NCBI RefSeq assembly: GCF_006345805.1
Contig: NW_021835364.1
Coordinates: 1 to 41,170 of the forward strand
Length of the DNA: 41,170 bases
Direction of reading: 5' to 3'
From: Octopus sinensis
Lineage: Eukaryota
The notes below the pieces were generated by a model. It searched no databases. It saw only the letters and a list, made by a program, of their open reading frames with translations, and was not told the DNA's origin. The position numbers were made by a program, and so were the translations under genes. Positions 1-11,227 of the stretch are shown in pieces; within the stretch, counting starts at the first letter, position 1; every line of letters begins with the position of its first letter.

Positions 1-73
1 ATTGCAGAGGGGACAATGATGGTCTATAATATTGTGACAGTAAACTACAAACTTGGTGTCTATCGTTTATTGA

Positions 74-305
74 AGGCGGCGAGCTGGCAGAAACGATAGC
101 ACGCCGGGCGAAATGCGTAGCCGTATTTCGTCTGCCGTTACGTTCTGAGTTCAAATTCCGCCGAGGTCAACTTTGCCTTTCATCTTTTCGGGGTCGATAG
201 ATAAAGTACCAGTTTCGCAGTAGGGTCGATGTAATCGACTTCATCCGTTTGTCTGTCCTTGTTTGTCCCCTCTATATTTAGCCCCTTGTGGGCAGTAAAG
301 AAATA
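74..305 (+). mobile_element. tRNA-derived SINE, tail type A, full length with 13-bp TSD
   Basis: Head GGCGGCGAGCTGGCAGAAACG (A box) and GAGTTCAAATTCC (B box); tail ends GTGGGCAGTAAAGAAATA; exact TSD TATCGTTTATTGA at 61-73 and 306-318; homologous copies elsewhere in the window. Confidence 0.92.
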
Positions 306-316
306 TATCGTTTATT

Positions 317-1038
317 GATCATTCGCTGGTGTCCACAGTGCAGTAATCAAGGAATAGTGTCTGTAGTGAACGGACCGATGTATAAAGCAAAGAGACCATT
401 GATTGGTGTCTGTTGCGTAGTGAACATTGACTAGAGTCTGTAGTGCAGGGATCATTGATAGTCTCTTCTGTTTATAGGGCAGCGACAATTGAGTGGCGCC
501 TATCGAGTAACGATCATTGACTGTGTCTATAGTGTACGGATCATTGATGCTCTCTCGATAATGTAGTAATAATTGGCAGGTGTCTGCGGTGTAGGGATCA
601 TCAATTGTCTATTGCAGAGATTTTCAACCGGGATCTATATGACCCCTTGTGGCCCGTATAAGATCTCGGTTGGTCCTCACAAGCAAAATAATAAATTTAA
701 TCCTCAGTAGTAATTCAGATGTATTTATGGCAAGAAACAACAGGGTTTCTTTCTCTTGTGTTTACATACTTCAGCCTACTCAAGTGAATGCGTGGTAGAC
801 AGAATATGAATTTTGAAAGAAGCATCTATAAAACTAGTTTTTAAACATCGAATGGTTATGAATGTCCACCAGAATAAAATTGTAATCAGGGGGGACTATA
901 GATAATAAATGGCTGAGAACCACCGGTCTATGGTGCAATGGTCATTTAGGGATCATTGATTGTCTATATGGCAGGGATCACTGACTAGTATGCATAGTGT
1001 AGTGATCATCGATCAATGTCTGCTATATAATTACCATT
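317..1038. repeat. Degenerate ~28-bp minisatellite (GATCATTGA...GTCTRTAGTG core), interrupted at ~623-920
   Basis: Recurring units such as gatcattgactgtgtctatagtgtacg and gaacattgactagagtctgtagtgcagg; similar sequence at 1-60. Confidence 0.7.
625..672. other. GC-richer hairpin, probable end of an unclassified element
   Basis: CAACCGGGATCT (625-636) pairs with AGATCTCGGTTG (661-672). Confidence 0.6.
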
Positions 1039-1230
1039 GGCGGCGAGTTGGCAGAAACGTTAGCACGTTCTGAGTTCAAATTCCGCCGAGGTCGACTTTG
1101 CCTTTCATCTTTTCGGGGTCGATAAATAAAGTACCAGTTATGCACTGGGGTCGATATAATCGACTCAATACCTTTGTCTGTCCTTGTTTGTCCCCTCTAT
1201 GTTTAGCCCCTTGTGGGCAATAAAGAAATA
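1039..1230 (+). mobile_element. tRNA-derived SINE, tail type A, ~35-nt internal deletion in head
   Basis: Homologous to 74-305; degenerate 16-bp TSD tatataattaccattg / tagataatcgtcattg (12/16). Confidence 0.9.
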
Positions 1231-1651
1231 TAGATAATCGTCATTGACGTTGATAGTATTGAACTTGTTCCATTCTGATTTAGCCCCAATGATGAACTCT
1301 GAATCCAAGACATAGTATGTGTGACAGCAATGCATTGAGAGAACTAATGTTTTTGTATTGGGCAGCCCGCCCGAAACTACTAATGATTTAGTGTTTTACC
1401 GTAGTTTTGTTAGCTGGAGGTGATTGTAGTGATGGTAATGGTAATAATAGTAAGTGTAGTGACTGCCGTGGCAGGGATTCAGTTAATTGGATGCCGCTGC
1501 CCAGAAACTGTCGATTTGCCACTGCTGGCTGGATGCTCAACCTGATTTGTTCCACACTATGTAATGGGACTAGAGACAAACACAGAAGAATACATGCGCA
1601 GAAATATTCGCATATAGACCGAATGAGAGACCGAGAGATATTACAATTTAT

Positions 1652-1764
1652 TAAAGAGAGACGTGCTCGTAAAGAGAGACGTGCTCACACACGTAAAGAG
1701 AGACGTGCTCACACACGTAAAGAGAGACGTGCTCGTAAAGAGAGACGTGCTCACACATATAAAG
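1652..1764. repeat. Minisatellite, five copies of 18/24-bp unit gtaaagagagacgtgctc(acacac)
   Basis: Direct inspection; explains the KERRAHTR repeats of ORF 1407-1781. Confidence 0.9.
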
Positions 1765-1995
1765 TGAGAAACAGAGTGTGAGAAAGAGAAAGAAGGGCGA
1801 AGGAAAGTGTGTGAGTGAGAGAGAGTGGAAGTGATCAAGAGATCATCACAACAATAGAAACATTAAAGCGTCTGGTGTCAGATAAATCAGCGAAGTCAAA
1901 TAGGCGGCGCCAAAACGCCTCATACTCACCATAATAGAGATGTAGAAAAGGAAAGATCCAAAGATTTTCTGGAGAAATCTCTTGGTGCCTCTCAG

Positions 1996-2223
1996 TTCTT
2001 TACTACCCACAAAGGCCTACACACGGAGGGGACAAACAAGGACAGACAAACAGATTAAGTCGATTATATCGACTCCAGTGCGTAACTGGTACTTACTTAA
2101 TCGACCCCCGAAAGGATGAAAGGCAAAGTTGACCTCGGCGGAATTTGAACTCAGAACGTAGCGGCAGACGAAATACCGCTAAGCATTTCGCCCGGCGTCC
2201 TAACGATTCTGCCAGCTCACCGA
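1996..2223 (-). mobile_element. tRNA-derived SINE, tail type A
   Basis: Reverse-complement homology to 74-305 over its whole length. Confidence 0.9.
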
Positions 2224-2321
2224 CTTGTATTTTATGATACTCTCTAATTGCTTGGATTGGTGACATACTATTCTTCAGTTTGTCACCTCCTACAAGACCG
2301 AAGAAAGGAATGCCTTCGGGG

Positions 2322-2410
2322 CAGGCATGGCTGTGTGGTAGCAAGTTTGCTCCCCAACCACATCGGTCCAGGTTCAGACCCCATGCTGGGGCACCACCTG
2401 GAAGAATTTT
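2322..2410 (+). mobile_element. Head fragment of CORE-like SINE (second family)
   Basis: GGCAGGCATGGCTGTGTGGTAG...GGTTCAGACCCC matches the head of the copies at 4270-4739 and 31058-31446. Confidence 0.75.
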
Positions 2411-2419
2411 TGTCGAGCA

Positions 2420-2567
2420 GAGACAAATACACACACGTGTATGTATATACGACGGACATCTTTCAGTTACCGTCTACCGAACCCACTCACAAGGCTTTTA
2501 TCGGCCCGAGGCAACAGTAGAAAATACTTGCCCAAGATGCCACGCACTGGGAGTGAACTGAGAACCA
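2420..2567 (-). mobile_element. Partial CORE-like SINE
   Basis: Homologous to 4580-4700 (ttccgtctacc...cttgcccaag...ccacgca). Confidence 0.8.
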
Positions 2568-2850
2568 ATTTCATGAATCCAGGGAAATAAAAGAGGTAAT
2601 GTATTGAATGATTTAATAAAATTTACTATTTGGATGGAAATAAGAATGGAAACTCTAAGCGATTACTGTTAGAGGCTTTCAAAATTAATAAATAAATAAT
2701 TAAATGAATAAATAAATAAATGAATAAATAATAAAAAAGAAAATAGGGGGAAACTAATAGGAGATCATTTTAAGCCAAAAAGAATTAATCTTCGGAAGAT
2801 AATTTGTATGCTTTGATGAACATTTTCTTTTCAAGCCAAGATGAACAACT

Positions 2851-2889
2851 AGCGATACGTTTCAGCCCTCTTGGGCATCATCAGTGTAA
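2851..2889 (-). ncRNA. Degenerate hammerhead-ribozyme core (Penelope-like remnant)
   Basis: Minus strand CTGATGA-T-GCCC-AAGA-GGGC-T-GAAA-CGTA; stem II present, stem I poor. Confidence 0.4.
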
Positions 2890-2916
2890 TAGAGTCTGCT
2901 GAAACCTGCTTAGATC

Positions 2917-2923
2917 ACTACTG

Positions 2924-2993
<70 letters not shown>

Positions 2994-3025
2994 AGCTGCT
3001 GCTGCTGTTGCTACTACTACTACTA

Positions 3026-3058
<33 letters not shown>

Positions 3059-3190
3059 GATGCTGCTGCTGGTACTACTACTACTACTATACTACTACTA
3101 CTACTACTACTAGCAACAGTAGTAGTTGTAGAAGTGGTAGTAAAGGGTAGTAGTAGTAATTGTCGTCATCGTCGTTGTCGTAGTAGTAGT
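2917..3190. repeat. (CTA)n microsatellite followed by degenerate inverted (TAG)n
   Basis: Direct inspection. Confidence 0.95.
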
Positions 3191-3381
3191 GCGGTAGTCG
3201 TACAAGATGTATATATATTTTGAAACTGTTGTTAAGCTCCGAGACAGCCCCGGCCGAGCAAACTGTGACCATCCCGTACGACATGTCCTCTCTAAGATGG
3301 TAAAGTGATATCTGAGAAAGATTTAGCTGCTATTTCTAGCTGAGAGAGATACCACAGTAACTCAAAGAACGATTAATGTTG

Positions 3382-3450
3382 AATAGAGGTGGACAGAAGT
3401 GGATAGAGGTGGGCAGAGATGGTTAGAGGTGACCAGAGGTGGCCAAAGGG
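3382..3450. repeat. Degenerate 10-bp tandem repeat (~CAGAGGTGGN)
   Basis: tagaggtgga cagaagtgga tagaggtggg cagagatggt tagaggtgac cagaggtggc. Confidence 0.8.
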
Positions 3451-3544
3451 TCGCAACGGTCTTCTGTTACACATTAGCAATACTGACTGACCGCAGCAAT
3501 CAGACCTTCCTGCAAGTCTGGCTCACACAATCAATAGAAACTCT

Positions 3545-4260
3545 GTGTATGTGTGTGTGTGTGCGCGTGTGTGCGTGCGTATGGGTGGGTGTGTCTGCCT
3601 GTTGTGTGTGTGTGTGTGTGTGAAAGAGAGAGAGAGAGAGTGTGAGGGAGAGAGAAAGAAAGCGAAAGAGGGAGAGAGAGAGTGGGGGAAAACGAGAGAG
3701 GTTGCATGACAGGATGTTGTGGTGAAGAGAGGATGTGATAAGGAGCAAGAGTGGATGAGGATAGAATTGGGAAAGAAAGGATTGAGGAGAGGGAAGAGGA
3801 AGAGGTGTGAATGAGTGAATGAGTGAATGAATGAATGAATGAATGAGTGAAGAAGCTGATTGTGCTGAAGGACAATTGGTTAGATTGGTTGGAGATATTG
3901 GGAAATCTACAATGCACTCACATACACACACACACACATACACACATACGCGCACACATGCACACAAACGCACACACATACACACACAGTCACATACACG
4001 TACACACACACTCACACACACACACTCACGTACACACTCATACACTCACACACGTACAAACACTAAGACATACACACGCGTACTTACTCAGACACGCACA
4101 CACGTAACACCCACTCACACACATGTACACATTTACACACATACATATATACACACACATACACATACACGCACGCTCTCTTTCACATACGCATCCACAC
4201 ACACACACACAGAGAAACACACACAGACACAGTATCACTCATACATACCTGCATGTATGT
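3545..4260. repeat. Compound (TG)n/(GA)n/(GAAT)n/(CA)n microsatellites
   Basis: Direct inspection. Confidence 0.9.
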
Positions 4261-4269
4261 ATATTCTCT

Positions 4270-4506
4270 TCTTTTATTCTTTTATTTGTTTCAGTCATTT
4301 GACTGAGACCATGCTGGAGCACTGCCTTTAGTCGAGCAAATCGACCCCAGGACTCATTCTTTGTAAGCCTAGTACTTACTCTATTGGAAACTTTTGCCGA
4401 ACGGCTTGGTTACGAGGACGTAAACACACCAGCATCGGTTGTCAAGCGATGTTGAGGGGACAAATGCAGACACACAAACACACAAACACACAAACACATA
4501 CATACA

Positions 4507-4538
<32 letters not shown>

Positions 4539-4739
4539 CATACATACATACATACATACATACATGCATGCATATATAAATACGGCGGGCTTCCTTCAGT
4601 TTCCGTCTACCAAATCCACTCATAAGGCTTTGGTCGGCTCGGGGCAATTGTAGAGGACACTTGCCCAAGGTGCCACGAAGTGGGACTGAACCCGGAACCA
4701 TGAAGTTGGTAAGCAAGCTACTTAGAACACAGCCACTCC
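4270..4739 (-). mobile_element. CORE-like tRNA-derived SINE with internal (CATA)n expansion
   Basis: Minus head GGAGTGGCTGTG...GGTTCAGTCCC followed by CORE-like GCACCTTGGGCAAGTGTC; near-identical copy at 31058-31446. Confidence 0.9.
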
Positions 4740-5146
4740 ATATATATATTCGTATGCATACGCAGACGAATGGGAGATAGATAGATAAATAGATAGGTAG
4801 GTAGGTAGATAGATAGATAGATATAGATAGATAGGTACGTAGGTAGATAGATAGATATAGATAGATAGGTAGGTAGGTAGGTAGAGAGGGAAAGAGGAGA
4901 AACCATACAGAAACAAATATAGAAAGTCAGCTGAGAAAAGCTGAAGAAGAAGAAGAAGAAGAAGGAGGAGGAGGAGGAGGAGAAGAAGTATAGTAAAAGG
5001 AAGGAGGATGAGGTGAAGGAAGCGATGACGATGATGGTGATGATGAAACGACAGTTCAAAAGCTTGTTTCTTTTCTTTTGTTTTCTTTCCCTCTCGTTGT
5101 GTTGTGTGTGTTTGTGTGTTTGTTTGTGTGTGTGTGTGTGTGTGTG

Positions 5147-5179
<33 letters not shown>

Positions 5180-5485
5180 TGTGTGTGTATGTGCACGAGC
5201 GTGGTCGTCTGTGTACGTGTGTATAAGTCCAACGTATATATCTGTGGAGATAATTGGTCGAAGCTGTCGGTCATGCCAGGCCATGTTATGTACTGAACCT
5301 TAGACCAACGTCCAGGGTGGAGGGTGAAGTTGAAACCGTCATTGTGCTTACTACTGACCTTCACGGCAGGCAATAAAACATTTGCCCGCTAGGGGTCAGC
5401 ACAATCCTCAGCTATGACCTCTTCTATGGATTGTTCTCACCGAAGAGCAATGATGGTTTCCGATGTTACGCTTAACGATGAAATC

Positions 5486-5526
<41 letters not shown>

Positions 5527-5539
5527 ATCTATCTATCTA

Positions 5540-5585
<46 letters not shown>

Positions 5586-5781
5586 CCTTTTTCTTTCTTT
5601 CTTTTCTTCTTTCTTTCTACATGGGGGTGGACAGAATAAGGGAAAGCACTTTTTTACTGTCGAAGTCTGTATGTATGTATGTATGTATGTAGTATGTATG
5701 TATGTATGTATGTAGTGTATGTTTGTATGTGTGTGTTATGTATGTTGTGTGTGTGTATGTATGTATGTATGTAGTATATAT

Positions 5782-5813
<32 letters not shown>

Positions 5814-5832
5814 ATATATTATATATATATAT

Positions 5833-6253
5833 AAACATTACTTTATATAATTAGGGTTCAGTAAAAAAATTTACTTTACCACACACCGAACTTTTAAAAT
5901 AGCAGCCAAAAAATTTTAGCTATTTCCTCTACTATAAAAGAGTCTCCCAAACAATGTATACTCAAAAACAATTCACGTGGGCATAGAGGGGAAAATAACG
6001 AAAGATCACTCGTAAATCGATTACTTGAGAACGCGTTTCTGGGTTAGTTGGATAAAGAGATGCTAGAAATACATTATGAGTGATCTTTCGTTATTTTCCC
6101 CTCTATGCCCACGTGAATTGTTTTGAGTATACATGTCTGGGAGACACTTCTTATAGTAGAGGAAATAGCTAATTCTTTGGCTGCTATTTCTAAAAGTTCG
6201 GTGTGTGGTAAAGTAAATTTTTTGCTGAACCCTAATTATATAAAGTAATGTTT
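5833..6253. mobile_element. Foldback element, ~180-bp inverted arms, ~58-bp spacer, next to (TA)n
   Basis: 5833-6015 is the reverse complement of 6074-6253 (aaacattactttatataattagggttcag / ctgaaccctaattatataaagtaatgttt). Confidence 0.9.
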
Positions 6254-6319
6254 AATATACCGTAAATGGTCCTTTTACATACTGAACACTAATTAATTAA
6301 TTTTACCCTTATTTTTATT

Positions 6320-6385
<66 letters not shown>

Positions 6386-6566
6386 ATGGTATTATTAAAA
6401 TACCATCACAAGTGGTAAGCGAATTATTAGCCGTACAGACAAATTAATAACATATATACATACAATATTAGATATGTACATATATACACAAGGGTACTAC
6501 ATGAGTACCTATATCGCTAATGATAGAAGTCAAAAAATACTTCTGCACCAACGAAAAGTCACAAAT

Positions 6567-6618
6567 CTGTTACAGACAAGATAGGAAAAAATATCAGTGA
6601 ACAATAATAATGTCTTAC
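6567..6618 (-). other. 52-nt spliceosomal-type intron inside the ribozyme unit
   Basis: GAG|GTAAGA donor, CACTGAT branch site, TTTTTTCCTATCTTGTCTGTAACAG acceptor. Confidence 0.6.
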
Positions 6619-6650
6619 CTCGAATGGGTCAGAACAAGTAAATGCTGGTC

Positions 6651-6714
6651 AACTCGGTACCGGTTTCGAAATTTAGCGCCACCTAGACGCGTGATTTCTC
6701 ATCAGCCAAAGTCC
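6651..6714 (-). ncRNA. Type I hammerhead ribozyme
   Basis: GGACTTTGG-CTGATGA-GAAAT-CAC-GCGTC-TAGGT-GGCGC-TAA-ATTTC-GAAA-CCGGT-A/CCGAG: complete core, two-part stem II, palindromic stem III (ACCGGT), 5-bp stem I with 2 GU pairs; predicted cut between 6658 and 6657. Confidence 0.8.
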
Positions 6715-6849
6715 GCCAGCTATATAACTACTAACATTCTCCCCCATCATGCCTGCGAAAGTTTGTTTGAAGTGAACAAGCACCGTACGAACAAACGAAA
6801 TGCGTAAAATTATTTATAAATAAATATAGGGATGGTATTATTAAAATAC

Positions 6850-6950
<101 letters not shown>

Positions 6951-7069
6951 ATATTTATAATTAAAGTCATAATAAGGGTGAAAATAATTGAATATTAATT
7001 AATAACATCAATTCAAAACACCAAGTGGCCTAGCGTATAAAAAGACTGGGATACAGTAAAAATTATTAA

Positions 7070-7482
7070 TACAAATAATAAGAGAGTCCACCATGTGGTC
7101 ACTCTAATGCTAGATATAGATCCGCAAAGGGAATCCGCCTCTAAAGAATTGTTCTCAAGAATTAATTCAACACGCCAAGAATCTAAGCGAGCAGGACAAA
7201 TGAAAAATAACGAAAAAATAGATTAACTCTATACACTTGTTTCATCGTTTATAGATTATGTAGTTTTACTTACATAAGTATTTTCGAATCGTCAGTAGAA
7301 TATATCAGAAATATAATTTGCTGAACCGAACGGCAAAATTCACACGAAGCCGAACAAAGACGAACTGTACAGCCGATTATATTCGCAGTTAATTCTTGAG
7401 AACAATTCTTTAGTGCCGGATTCCCTTTGCGCATCTATATCTAGCGTTAGAGTGACCACATGATGGACTCTCTCTTATTATT

Positions 7483-7486
<4 letters not shown>
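7070..7486. mobile_element. Foldback/MITE-like element with ~96-bp inverted arms
   Basis: 7070-7165 is the reverse complement of 7389-7486; right end abuts (TA)n. Confidence 0.9.
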
Positions 7487-7518
<32 letters not shown>

Positions 7519-7523
<5 letters not shown>

Positions 7524-7740
7524 GTTAGAGACTAACTTAGATAACTCAAATTAGTTTCGGCCATTATCGGCCCAGGCCATGACTGACTCCACCTGGAAAA
7601 GACTTGTAGTTAATTATTTCGCGACACCATGGACCACTCCAGCAAAGATGTGTTGTTGGTTGAGACGTATCCAGGTGTAGGTGGTTTATCCGGTATTTCC
7701 TGGAGGAATTTGTCCAGGTATCGTTTGAAACAAGGACAGG
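7519..7740 (-). mobile_element. 3' end of CR1-group LINE
   Basis: Minus frame FKRYLDKFLQEIPDKPPTPGYVSTNNTSLLEW...stop at 7610-7612 is typical of CR1-clade ORF2 C-termini; 3' UTR runs into (TA)n. Confidence 0.7.
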
Positions 7741-8428
7741 AATTTTTTCAAAGGGGTGTGTAAAACATCCAGTTAATTGGTACGTCAATTGAATACCACA
7801 TAAATAGGGGCATAATGCAAATTACGAACCATAAGCTAGATAGAGAGATTCAATTGACAATGTAATAATTTATTTATATTATAATATAATATACCATGAA
7901 TATGATATTAGATAACATAAAAAATTATTAAAATTATTAAAAACCAAAGAAGCCAATAATTTGTTTCGACTAATGTGATTTAAAAACAATTCACATCCAT
8001 TTATATAAGTTTCTTCAGAGCTTCGGTTTAAAAAAACAGACGAAATTCCGAGTGAAAGGACGGCTGCATTGTAAAAAATTAATTCAAATGCCCATGTTTA
8101 GAAGCGTGACTGTTAGCTTTTCAAATACAAAACAATTACCAAGAAACACACACTCACAAAAAAACCCAGCAAAATTATCACAGACAAAATAATTCAGTAA
8201 ATAGAATCTACAGATATCGAAATATATTTCTATATACCTCAAATAATATTAATCCAAATTTGTTTAGGCCGAAGACAATCTTTGGCTATTTTAATAACAT
8301 GCAACAAAATATATAAGTATATAAATTAAGTATCAGGGTCTTACTTAATCTAGAGACGGGAATGAAATGTGTAAATAAATATAAATGATAATATGGTATT
8401 ATATTGGCAATATATAACAACTCTTCTC

Positions 8429-8846
8429 GGATCTTTTTGGTTTGAACGGCAGTTTTTTCTAGCGGTGTCATATGAAATTGTCACCCATAATTATGACCCT
8501 AGTATCGATCTATTGCATTTCAATCTGTTTTAGGGTTAGGGTTAGGGGTGGGGGAAGGGTATCTTTTTTTCTTCACAAATGTAAATAAACCCAATCTATT
8601 TCTTAAACGAGGGATATATTCATACGGCACAGAATGCTTTTTACCTCAATAGACGTAATTGATTGGTTGAAATTGCAGAAATTGAAGAAAAAAAACACAA
8701 CAAATATCTTACAAACTATAGAATTTTCTCAATAAAACCAAGAGAAAAAGATGTTTTATAAACACATTCTACCAGTATACAAAGTTTTAAATTTTTTAGT
8801 TACCTAGAAATTATGTTAAAAACTGCCTTTCAAACCGAAAAGATCC
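8429..8846. mobile_element. MITE with 29-bp TIRs and 8-bp TSD (Merlin- or hAT-like)
   Basis: TIRs GGATCTTTTTGGTTTGAACGGCAGTTTTT match at 27/29; exact TSD CTCTTCTC at 8421-8428 and 8847-8854; internal (TTAGGG)3 at 8530-8547. Confidence 0.9.
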
Positions 8847-8940
8847 CTCTTCTCTGTTATTTAAAGCTACTGATATTAAAAAAAAATTGTTTAAAGTAGC
8901 TAACATAAAAATGTTCTTTATTTACGAAGTTTAAAGGTCC

Positions 8941-9027
8941 GGTGACTTCTGCGGTCAAGGCTTTGGTAAAACCAGTGGAACGCTGGCAAGAATTCATGAA
9001 CAATGAAAGAGAATATATTATTGACTC
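8941..9027 (+). pseudogene. Mariner transposase C-terminal remnant
   Basis: VERWQEFMNNEREYIID resembles the mariner C-terminus (LVERW..VV...GEYIID). Confidence 0.5.
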
Positions 9028-9107
9028 ATTTGCTAAAACTGTTGACAAAATATAACGATTAAAATAAATAGAAAGAAAAAAATCGAACGAATTTATCTGA
9101 CACACAC

Positions 9108-9149
<42 letters not shown>

Positions 9150-10574
9150 TTATACATATATACACACGGCTTTTTAATGCATGCGTTATTCCACTCATCG
9201 TTCTAAACATATGACGACCTAAACATATAACAAATTTAAGCACGTGATGCTCTGTACCTGTGACGTAGTCTAAAAGCGTTCATTAACTTCCTCTTCCACC
9301 TGTTAATTCTGATTCATAATAAAAAAATTGAAATGTTTCATGTCATTTTTTTTTCATAACAATCAATCTTTTTTCATCTTTTATCTTGGCGCTTTCGCAC
9401 CTGTCCATCTCTTTACATTTCTGCTCGGTTGTCGTTTCAGAAATAACACCGTTGCTAACATTTATTTTATTTTATTTTGCCTTCAGATGTTCCGTTTGAT
9501 GAGGTAGATGGATAAGATGTGATATACTCCTAAAACATCCTTCATTAATTTAAGACATCATCATTGAAGCTAATGATGTTTTTAGTGGCTTAGCCAGTCA
9601 TATAAGATTTGCCGCCCCCACCACCACTCTTCACCGCCAGACAGATAACTTAGCAGGAGTATTACTGATTCCCTGAATCTTTATAGTAAGATTAAACAAG
9701 AGACCGCTTTAGCAATTTCTCAAAGCCAGACTTTGTTAGAAATGAGACAATCGATTAAAACGAATCCGGTATATGACTGATTACTATGTTGACATCGCTC
9801 TGTCTGCCTGTCTATCTGTCTATCTCTGTTTGCCTGCCTGTCTGTCTGTCTGTCTGTCTCTCTCCGGAAGATTGAAAGATAAATCCAACAAGATTGAATT
9901 TGAACGTAGAAGGTGGATGGGTGAAACTAAAATCTAAAAAAACATACCAGTTGTTGCTTTAACGACAATCTCTTGTTATTTAAAAACAATTTGTACATCC
10001 GAAAAACTGGATAGTTTTAACAGTTTTCTAGGCAGTCAACGTGTAACAAATTCGTTGTACGGTAGAATGATTTAAATGTTTAAAACTTCATATGACCGAA
10101 TGAATTCAAACTGTAGTCAGCCAGTCCTTTTATCCTCTTCAGAACAATATTATACAATATGCATTTTCATTAAAGCAGAAACAATAAATTATGGAAGTAA
10201 TACTCATGCCACAACACAGCACTGAGAGAGCGAGTTCGCTTCAAACGTCGACAGTGGCAACACCTTGATTAAAGCAGCAGGGATACATATTTAACGTGAA
10301 TGAAATCTGGATTCAAATGAACAAGGAAGATGCAAATGAAAACCATGTTGCGATATATCCATGCAGCAGAAACATATGTCAGACAGAGGTTTAAATTAGA
10401 TATGTTGTATAAGTGGCTGCAATAATTATAAAAAGTGCGAACATGTACTATTCTCTTTCTATATTTGAATTGTCTTGGGTATAAACTGTTTATAATCCAA
10501 CGAAGCGAACTCAGGATTTACCCATCGGGTGAAATACATTGGGATTCAGTTCTATATTCCAGGCAGTGACCTGA

Positions 10575-10770
<196 letters not shown>

Positions 10771-11182
10771 AGGCCAACAGACCAGATATAGTTGTCAAGA
10801 TCATGAAGAAAAAAATGCTTTCTAATTGATGTATCAATACGGCTGATGACAACGTGTCTCTAAAAGAAAGGAGAAACTCTCAAAATACAAAGACCTGGAA
10901 ATAGAGGAAACTAGAATGTGGAATCTGAAAACAGAAACAATTCCTATCATAGTAGGTGCATTAGGCATGATAAAAAAATATTCAGACAAATACATAACAA
11001 AAACCAGGACTTACAAACACATATAACATACAGAAAATTGCACTACTAGGCACTGCACACATCCTACGCAGAACACTTCCATACATAACCATCAGAGCAT
11101 CACGACAAATCACAGCACATACCCAAGGCACACAGAGCTGCGCTCGGTAGTGAAGTGAAAGCACGCTATAAAAATAAAACTA

Positions 11183-11185
<3 letters not shown>
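10771..11185 (+). mobile_element. 5'-truncated R4/Dong-clade non-LTR retrotransposon (RLE domain plus 3' UTR) inside (AAT)n
   Basis: Frame-restored ANRPDIVVK...FLIDVSI..DDNVSLKE..KLSKYKDLEIEETRMWNLKTETIPIIVGALGMI...IQKIALLGTAHILRRTL; (AAT)n on both sides. Confidence 0.9.

Positions 11186-11227
<42 letters not shown>

Noticed and set aside
74-160. tRNA gene
   Set aside because: A and B boxes are present, but there is no cloverleaf and the sequence continues into a SINE body with a TSD.
317-622. CRISPR-like repeat-spacer array
   Set aside because: Units are degenerate along their whole length with no constant repeat and unique spacers; eukaryotic context and no cas genes.
6386-6406. CRESS-virus rolling-circle origin (TATTATTAA in a hairpin)
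   Set aside because: It does not match the NANTATTAC nonamer, the motif overlaps the stem, and there is no Rep ORF; the ribozyme explanation fits better.
9487-9520. Plus-strand micro-exon (DVPFDE) after a good acceptor
   Set aside because: Weak donor, very short, opposite strand to the supported exons and no partner exon.
10440-10574. 3' end of a second Dong-like element (also ends CTG|AATAAT)
   Set aside because: Only the junction resembles the Dong copy; there is no ORF remnant or in-window homologue.
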